Assembly (NCBI RefSeq): GCF_006345805.1 | Contig: NW_021825081.1 | Span: 1 to 16,604 of the forward strand | Reading direction: 5' to 3' | DNA: 16,604 bases | From: Octopus sinensis | Taxonomy: Eukaryota | Shown here: in pieces, positions 9,413 through 16,604 of the stretch | Layout: each line of letters starts with the position of its first letter | How positions within the stretch are numbered: position 1 is the first letter of the stretch | Notes under the pieces: model-generated | Told to the model about the DNA's origin: nothing | Seen by the model: only the letters and a program-made list of their open reading frames with translations | The model's database searches: none | Translations under genes and position numbers: made by a program

Positions 9413-9670
9413 GGAGGTGCGTAGCTTAGTGGTTAAGGTGTCAGCACTGTGATCGTAAGATTGTGGTTTTGATTCCTGGACCAGTTACATGTTGTGTTCT
9501 TGAGCAAAAACACTCATTTCACGTTGCTCCAGTCCACTCAGCTGGCAAAAATGAGTAACGCTGCAATGGACTGGTGTCCCATTCAGCTGGAAACACACAC
9601 ACCATAGAAACCAGGAAACCGGGCCCATGAGCCTTTCTAGGCTTTAAAAGGGCTCATTTATTATTTATTA
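9413..9670 (+). mobile_element. tRNA-derived SINE with CORE-like central domain
   Basis: A-box (tagcttagtgg) and B-box-like (ggttttgattcc) Pol III head, central gtgttcttgagcaaaaacactcatttcacgttgctccagtccactcagctggcaaaaatgagt, and (TTAT)n tail. Confidence 0.85.
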
Positions 9671-10250
9671 TAATAAACCACTACTAACCACAGCCATAAT
9701 AGTCTGAACAATATAAGTAACCTCCATCTAAAATAAAACTCAACCATAATTTAGTACCCTAGTATATTTTATATCTTGAAAAAAAATGTTTTCCTTGTCT
9801 TAGCTCAAAAACAATGCCTTGAGAGTAAACAGCATAAACAATGCAATTAACAATAACAGTCTAATCCCACCACAATCAACAATACCCCGACTGTTATAAC
9901 GAAAACCACATCATCACCCCCTCCAATACCAATACACCTGACGTCACTACCAGTACTATTCGAATGAGGCTTTTACATGCCGAAGACTACTTGGTGTAAT
10001 TGATAATTTTTCCAAATTAATTAATTTCACCCTTCATTATTACGGATAACCATATTTTATCTCAGTAGATGACCACAGCATCTTGTTTTGGCTACACGCG
10101 GGTGGGAAGGGGATGTTGACACAATCGTTTCATTCACAAATTGAATTCGGTGATACCAGTTGCGGATTCTGGCTCGCTCTGATACGGAGTTGAGTTTGGT
10201 GCCTTCTGGTATCTCAAAATTCAATATATAATCATTTATGATTATAGTAT

Positions 10251-10356
10251 TCTACGCTGAAGAGAAAAGAAGTTTCGGTAAGATAGAATTATTTAATATT
10301 TAATATTTAATTCTTATGCTTCCTAAAAACTTGATTTCGAAACGTACGTCCGTGGA
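10251..10356 (+). ncRNA. Type I hammerhead ribozyme, copy 1 (complete)
   Basis: Stem I 5' tctacg (10251-56) pairs with cgtgga (10351-56). Core CTGAAGA at 10257-63. Stem II closes G10264-C10338 (gaaa/tttc, then aagttt/aaactt). GAAA at 10339-42. Stem III is AC-GTAC-GT. Cleavage triplet GTC, predicted cut after 10350. Confidence 0.85.
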
Positions 10357-10845
10357 TAACTAAAAAAATGTATGATAGATTACAGTCAATTCATTCTCTC
10401 TTACCTGTTTGTGTCTGCCTTCCAAATGCTGTTTTTACTGAGATCTCCCTTTTTAGTAGAAGAAATAGCTATAACCCTTTGACTGCTATTTCTAAATTCG
10501 GTATGTGGTAAGGCAATTCGTTGCTAAACCCTTATTGCTTAGTATTACTTAAATTTTCCTCGAATGAGGCTTTTACATGCGAAGACTACTTGGTGTAATT
10601 GATAATTTTTCCAAATTAATTAATTTCACCCTTCATTATTACGGATAACCATATTTTCTCAGTAGATGACCACAGCATCTTGTTTTGGCTACACGCGGGT
10701 GGGAAGGGGATGTTGACACAATCGTTTCATTCACAAATTGAATTCGGTGATACCAGTTGCGGATTCTGGCTCGCTCTGATACGGAGTTGAGTTTGGTGCC
10801 TTCTGGTATCTCAAATTCAATATATATCATTTATGATTATAGTAT

Positions 10846-10948
10846 TCTACGCTGAAGAGAAAAGAGTTTCGGTAAGATAGATTATTTAATATTTAATATT
10901 TAATTCTTATGCTTTCCTAAAAACTTGATTTCGAAACGTACGTCCGGA
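10846..10948 (+). ncRNA. Type I hammerhead ribozyme, copy 2 (2-nt deletion in the stem I 3' strand)
   Basis: tctacg-CTGAAGA (10852-58) ... GAAACGTACGTC (10933-44), then cgga instead of cgtgga. The deletion may be real or a sequencing error. Confidence 0.7.
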
Positions 10949-11442
10949 TAACTAAAAAATGTATGATAGATTACAGTCAATTCATTCTCTCTTACCTGTT
11001 TGTGTCTGCCTTCCAATGCTGTTTTTACTGAGATCTCCCCTTTTAGTAGAAGAAATAGCTATAACCCTTTGACTGCTATTTCTAAATTCGGTATGTGGTA
11101 AGGCAATTCGTTGCTAAACCCTTATTGCTTAGTATTACTTAATTTTCCTCGAATGAGGCTTTTACATGCCGAAGACTACTTGGTGTAATTGATAATTTTT
11201 CCAAATTAATTAATTTCACCCTTATTATTACGGATAACCATATTTTATCTCAGTAGATGACCACAGCATCTTGTTTTGGCTACACGCGGGTGGGAAGGGG
11301 ATGTTGACACAATCGTTTCATTCACACAATTGAATTCGGTGATACCAGTTGCGGATTCTGGCTCGCTCTGATACGGAGTTGGTTTGGTGCCTTCTGGTAT
11401 CTCCAATTTCAATATATAATCATTTATGATTATGTATTCTAG

Positions 11443-11545
11443 TCTACGCTGAAGAGAAAAAGTTTCGGTAGATAGAATTATTTAATATTTAATATTTAAT
11501 TCTTATGCTTTCCTAAAAACTTGATTTCGAAACGTACGTCGTGGA
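11443..11545 (+). ncRNA. Type I hammerhead ribozyme, copy 3 (1-nt deletion at the cleavage site/stem I)
   Basis: tctacg-CTGAAGA (11449-55) ... GAAACGTACGTC (11529-40), then gtgga (CC collapsed to C, typical of homopolymer error). Confidence 0.7.
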
Positions 11546-11831
11546 TAACTAAAAAAATGTATGATAGATTACAGTCAATTCATTCTCTCTTACCTGTTTG
11601 TGTCTGCCTTCCAAATGCTGTTTTTACTGAGATCTCCCTTTTTAGTAGAAGAAATAGCTATAACCCTTTGACTGCTATTTCTAAATTCGGTATGTGGTAA
11701 GGCAATTCGTTGCTAAACCCTTATTGCTTAGTATTACTTAAATTTTCCTCGAATGAGGCTTTTACATGCCGAAGACTACTTGGTGTAATTGATAATTTTT
11801 CCAAATTAATTAATTTCACCCTTCATTATTA

Positions 11832-11857
11832 TGTATATATATATATGTATATATATG

Positions 11858-11895
<38 letters not shown>
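11832..11895. repeat. Interrupted (TA)n microsatellite
   Basis: TA run with occasional G, between the hammerhead array and the CR1 5' end. Confidence 0.95.
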
Positions 11896-14081
11896 GATCT
11901 TGGCAGATCTTTGTAGACACCGTCACAGACATATGTGCAAAACACTCCCCACCAAGACCTGTGAACAAAAAGTGCAGAATCCCCCAAAACAGAAAAACCA
12001 TTTTCCAGAAAAATAAAAAGAACAAACAACAAAAAATTAACAACTAAAGTACTGCCAACAGCAACACACACATTCGACGGCTATCGCACTGCTTGAATCC
12101 AAAAAATATAACCTCCAACAATGCATGAAGACCCTCATCAATAACCAAAGATCAGCTGAGGAGAAGTGGGCCATTGAAAAAATCAAACTCACCCCCAAAG
12201 TGTTCTTTTCATTTGCGGAGGAAACGCAGGGTCACTGTCTCCACTGTAGGCCCTCTAATTGACGAAACTGTCACTCTCCAAGATAATGCCAAATCCATGG
12301 CCGAGATACTGCAGAAACAATATGCTCTGTTTTCAGCAATCCTGATATGGCCGATCTGGGCTGTATCAGTGATGTCAACCCCCAACACACTATATCGGAC
12401 ATAACGTTTAGTGCCCCTGATGCCTTAGCGGCGATAAACGAAATAAAACACAATTCAGCAGTAGGCCCCGATAGGTTCCCTGCTTGTGTCCTGAAGGGTT
12501 GTCGACACCAACTTGCATCTCCCCTTGCTAATCTGTGGAGAAACTCACTGGATGCTGGCTATATTCCAAAAAACCTTCTGTCCCAGTCTGTTGTCCCAGT
12601 TTTCAAAAAGGGAAACAAGTCCCTTGCAGTGAAACCGTCCGATCTCACTCACCTCTCATATCATCAAGGTATTTGAGAGGGTGGTGAGATCTCGAATAAC
12701 AATTTCTGGAAAGCAACAGGCGGCTGATCTCCAACCAACATGGGTTCCGTAATGGAAGGGACTGCCTAACGCAGCTCCTGCATCACTTTGAGGACATTTT
12801 GAGAGCTTTGGGAGAGGGCTCCAACACCGATGTCATCTACCTTGATTTCAGTAAGGCCTTCGACAGGGTCGATCACAAGATCCTATTGAAAAAACTATCC
12901 AACATTGGTGTCTCTGGAAAGTTACTGAAATGGATTAAGTGTTTCCAGACAGACAGATCTCAACATGTTGTAGTTGAAGGGGTAAAATCAAGCCTAGCCA
13001 AAGTCAGTAGTGGCGTTCCGCAAGGCACAGTGCTGGGCCCACTTCTTTTCATCATTTACATTAATGACATTAATGACATCATCAAGCACAGCAACATAAA
13101 AATCTTTGCAGATGACTCTAAGCTACAGAAGGTCATAAATGAGGCGAGTGACCGGACATGCCTTCAGTCAGATCTACTGGCTGTTATCCAATGGGCAGAA
13201 AAAAACAATATGCTGCTGAACGAGGATAAATTTGAGCTAATCGACTTTGGAAAAGAGGATGCCCTGAAACTCCCAAACTCCCTTCCTTCAGGTGAAACTC
13301 TCGCGGCATCCAACAACATCAGAGACTTGGGAGTAATTGTGGACAACAACGTAAGCTGGGCCACTCATATAAACACCAAAGTTGACATGGCCCGCAGAAT
13401 GTGTTCCTGGATTCTCAGAACTTTCCAGTCGAGAGATATCCACACCATTATCCTTCTCTTCTCCACTTTTGCCCGACCCCACCTTGAATACTGTTGTCCA
13501 CTGTGGTCTCCCCACACAATACAAGGTATCATAAAAGTTGAAGCACCTCAAAGGGCAATCACAAAAAAGATAGATGGCATGACAGGCCTCGACTATTGGG
13601 GTCGACTAGAAAAGCTAAAACTCTATTCTCTCCAACGTCGTCGTGAGCGCTACATCATCTGCATGATGTGGAAAATATTCCATCAGCATTGCCCAAATGA
13701 TGTTGGCATCACCTTTAAGGTACATCCAAGGCTTGGGCCCCGTGCCATCCGCCCAACAAAAATCGCACTCTCATCTCATAACAACAATACGGCACAATTA
13801 TTTCACCTCAATTGGCCCCGCTCTCTTTAACATTACACACAAAAACACATAAAACAGAAACTGACCCTATAGGGTTCAAGAAGTCTTTGGACAGATTCCT
13901 TCAAGAAATCCCGGATAAACCCCCTACACCCGGATATGTCTCTGTAAACAATAACTCTCTACTTGAGTGGGCCATAGTGCCCAAATTCTGACTTGAAAGA
14001 CTTCACCAGGTGGTGCTATTAAGTTAGACATGGCCTGGGCCAATAATGGCCCAAACCTATCAAAGTATCAAAGTATCAAAG

Positions 14082-14083
<2 letters not shown>
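11896..14083 (+). mobile_element. 5'-truncated CR1-clade LINE (ORF2 linker + RT + C-terminus, short 3' UTR, (AAAGTATC)-type tail)
   Basis: SAVGPDRFPACVLK..VPVFKKG..(YRP)ISLTS..QHGFR.GR.CLTQLL..DVIYLDFSKAFDRVDH..SGVPQGTVLGPLLF..FADD (13105-16)..RDLGV..RPHLEYCCPLWSP..EKLKLYSLQRRRER. ORF2 stop at about 13989-13991. The tail is caaagtatcaaagtatcaaagta. Confidence 0.95.
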
Positions 14084-14175
<92 letters not shown>

Positions 14176-14218
14176 TATTATAGATATATAATATTATATA
14201 TATATATATGTATATATA

Positions 14219-14256
<38 letters not shown>

Positions 14257-14411
14257 ATAAATGATATATATATATATATTATAATATATATATTATTATA
14301 TCACATATATATATACAATATATATATACATATATATATATACATATCTATATATATACATATATATATATATATATAATATATATATATATATCTATAT
14401 ATACATATATA

Positions 14412-14448
<37 letters not shown>

Positions 14449-14467
14449 CAATATATATATATATATA
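14084..14467. repeat. Long interrupted (TA)n tract (~385 bp)
   Basis: TA run forming the spacer between the two CR1 arms. Confidence 0.95.
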
Positions 14468-15201
14468 TACTTTGATACTTTGATAGGTTTGGACCATTAT
14501 TGGCCCAGGCCATGTCTAACTTAATAGCACCACCTGGTGAAGTCTTTCAAGTCAGAATTTGGGCACTATGGCCCACTCAAGTAGAGAGTTATTGTTTACA
14601 GAGACATATCCGGGTGTAGGGGGTTTATCCGGGATTTCTTGAAGGAATCTGTCCAAAGACTTCTTGAACCCTATAGGGTCAGTTTCTGTTTTAATGTGTT
14701 TGGTGTAATGTTAAAGAGAGCGGGGCCAATTGAGGTGAAATAATTGTGCCGTATTGTTGTTATGAGATGAGAGTGCGATTTTTGTTTTGGGCGGATGGCA
14801 CGGGGCCCAAGCCTTGGATGTACCTTAAAGGTGATGCCAACATCATTTGGGCAATGCTGATGGAATATTTTCCACATCATGCAGATGATGTAGCGCTCAC
14901 GACGACGTTGGAGAGAATAGAGTTTTAGCTTTTCTAGTCGACCCCAATAGTCGAGGCCTGTCATGCCATCTATCTTTTTTGTGATTGCCCTTTGAGGTGC
15001 TTCAACTTTTATGATACCTTGTATTGTGTGGGGAGACACAGTGGACAACAGTATTCAAGGTGGGGTCGGGCAAAAGTGGAGAAGAGAAGGATAATGGTGT
15101 GGATATCTCTCGACTGGAAAGTTCTGAGAATCCAGGGACACATTCTGCGGGCCATGTCAACTTGGTGTTTATATGAGTGGCCCAGCTTACGTTGTTGTCC
15201 A
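14468..15201 (-). mobile_element. Inverted copy of the 3' ~740 bp of the same CR1 LINE
   Basis: Reverse complement aligns to 13340-14083, including the tail. The differences I could see are small indels and one substitution (ggcccaaa vs ggtccaaa). Minus-strand ORF 14671-15048 repeats SPHTIQGIIKVEAPQRAITKK.... Confidence 0.95.
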
Positions 15202-15257
15202 TATATATAATAATCATATACATATATTATATATACATATATATATTATATATATAT

Positions 15258-15291
<34 letters not shown>

Positions 15292-15328
15292 GTATATATA
15301 TATATCTAGATATATATATGTATATATG

Positions 15329-15371
<43 letters not shown>

Positions 15372-15468
15372 GTATATATATATATGTATATATGTATATA
15401 TATATATATATTATATATATATATATATATGTATATCTATTATATATATATATATATGTATATATGTT

Positions 15469-15514
<46 letters not shown>

Positions 15515-15528
15515 GTATATATATATAA
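15202..15528. repeat. Long interrupted (TA)n tract (~330 bp)
   Basis: TA run with scattered C/G. Confidence 0.95.
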
Positions 15529-15878
15529 TCAAAGCAATAAGATTCAAGTAACTTCCAATGAATTTACTTGAATGTGGTACTTAACTTAGATGCACCAGAA
15601 AAACTCTATGGTGTTATCCATACAGTAATGTGGGGTGATTATAACCGAGAAAGAAGCAGCAAGAATGGATTGGTTTTTAGTACAATTGTTTCATACAAAG
15701 AAAGGCTTTATTACAAGTTGCAAAAATTGCAGCAGATAAAAGCGTCCCGTACTCATCAGCTAAAATACATTTGAATTCTCTAGACATCTTAGTGGGTGAG
15801 GTTATACTCATGAAATATTGGAGATAGTTCCATTAGAGGCAGATATAGGTTGTAAACAGTTTTCCAAAGTTCCTTAAT

Positions 15879-16083
15879 GATGATGCACAGTCTTATCACA
15901 GATTTTTAAAAAACTTATTAGTTTCGAAGAGATGAATCAATCCATAGTGTAGATTTAAATTTCCAGAGATATGAAGAGGATGATGCACAGACTTATCACA
16001 GGTTTTTAAAGACTTATTAGCTTCACAGAAAAGGTGAATTAATCCATAGTGAAGATTTACATTTCCAGTGGTAAGATGAAGGA
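15879..16083. repeat. Diverged 100-bp tandem duplication (2 copies)
   Basis: gatgatgcacag(t/a)cttatcacag..ttttaaa..acttattag...aatccatagtg.agattta.atttccag starts at 15879 and at 15979. Confidence 0.85.
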
Positions 16084-16186
16084 TTTCATACTCACAGACG
16101 ATGTATTTAACCATTATTAATCCACAATCATTTCATGCTATATGATAAGGTAATTTGCCATGTTATTGCTCTCCGTGCAAAACTGC

Positions 16187-16202
16187 ATATATATATATAT
16201 AA

Positions 16203-16288
<86 letters not shown>

Positions 16289-16402
16289 GTATATAAATAT
16301 ATATATATAATATATATATATAATATGTATATATATATATAGATATAATATATATATATATATATATATAATATATATATATATATAATATATATATATA
16401 TA
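16187..16402. repeat. Interrupted (TA)n tract
   Basis: TA run. A shorter TA/TATG run follows at about 16495-16565. Confidence 0.95.
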
Positions 16403-16440
16403 AACATTACTTTATATAATTAGGGTCCACAAAAAAAAAT

Positions 16441-16492
16441 GCTTTACCAAATACCGAGCTTTTAGAAATAGCAGCCAAAGAATTTAGCTATT
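16441..16492 (-). repeat. Diverged short fragment related to the 600-bp hammerhead unit, opposite orientation
   Basis: gctttaccaaataccgagcttttagaaatagcagccaaagaatttagctatt aligns to the reverse complement of the unit: gccttaccacataccgaatttagaaatagcagtcaaagggttatagctatt (about 10464-10514). Confidence 0.65.
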
Positions 16493-16604
16493 GGTTATAT
16501 ATATATTAGTTATGTATATATATATATATATATATACATAAATATATGAATGTATATGTGTATGTATGCGATTGTGATCAGCGATGTGTAAAAACATCTG
16601 ATGG

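Larger units (their letters stand above)
9961..11831 (+). repeat. Tandem array of a ~600-bp non-coding unit (3 full copies + 82-bp partial); retrozyme / Penelope pseudo-LTR-like
   Basis: Units start at 9961, 10561, 11150 and 11750 (cgaatgaggcttttacatg...). Copies are near-identical and differ mainly by 1-4 nt indels. The array ends cccttcattatta directly into a (TA)n tract. No credible ORF. Confidence 0.95.

Noticed and set aside
9413-9482. tRNA-like sequence
   Set aside because: It is the Pol III head of a SINE (degenerate B-box, continues into SINE body and tail), not a functional tRNA gene.
10639-10830. 63-aa minus-strand ORF in the array unit
   Set aside because: No recognisable motif and no GIY-YIG or RT signature. 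It is not kept open in the other copies, so the unit is treated as non-coding.
15568-15774. 68-aa ORF with faint mariner-like words
   Set aside because: No convincing DDD/DDE motif alignment in any frame.
14101-16407. Ile/Tyr-rich ORFs (also those at 11710-12071)
   Set aside because: Translations of (TA)n microsatellites.

Overview
Eukaryotic, AT-rich, repeat-dense non-coding window, probably intronic DNA of a + strand gene. The repeat families (tRNA-SINEs, RTE with (GAT)n tail, mariner, CR1, long (TA)n tracts) resemble those I recall from octopus/coleoid cephalopod genomes; the taxon is an inference, not a database result. There is no intact host gene here, only one candidate 42-nt micro-exon (3671-3712). 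Most of the window is transposon debris: a decayed transposase-like ORF, two RTE LINE pieces (one young, with a PHD finger inside the RT and a 63-bp VNTR in its 3' UTR), an R4/Dong LINE relic, a Penelope GIY-YIG relic, a rearranged mariner, SINEs, a foldback MITE, and a CR1 LINE followed by an inverted copy of its own 3' ~740 bp. Two things stand out. (1) A ~3.1-copy tandem array of a non-coding ~600-bp unit (9961-11831). Each unit carries a type I hammerhead ribozyme motif with a canonical core (CUGAAGA...GAAA...GUC), an unusually long stem II and a palindromic minimal stem III suited to double-hammerhead cleavage; this is a retrozyme / Penelope pseudo-LTR-like system predicted to release ~595-nt monomer, possibly circular, RNAs. 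(2) An intronless, compact, AT-rich ubiquitin-specific protease (peptidase C19) pseudogene (4012-4775) that does not show in the ORF track as one ORF and may be virus- or transposon-borne. Many 1-nt indels in the young repeats look like long-read errors, so frameshifts and copy numbers need read-level checks.
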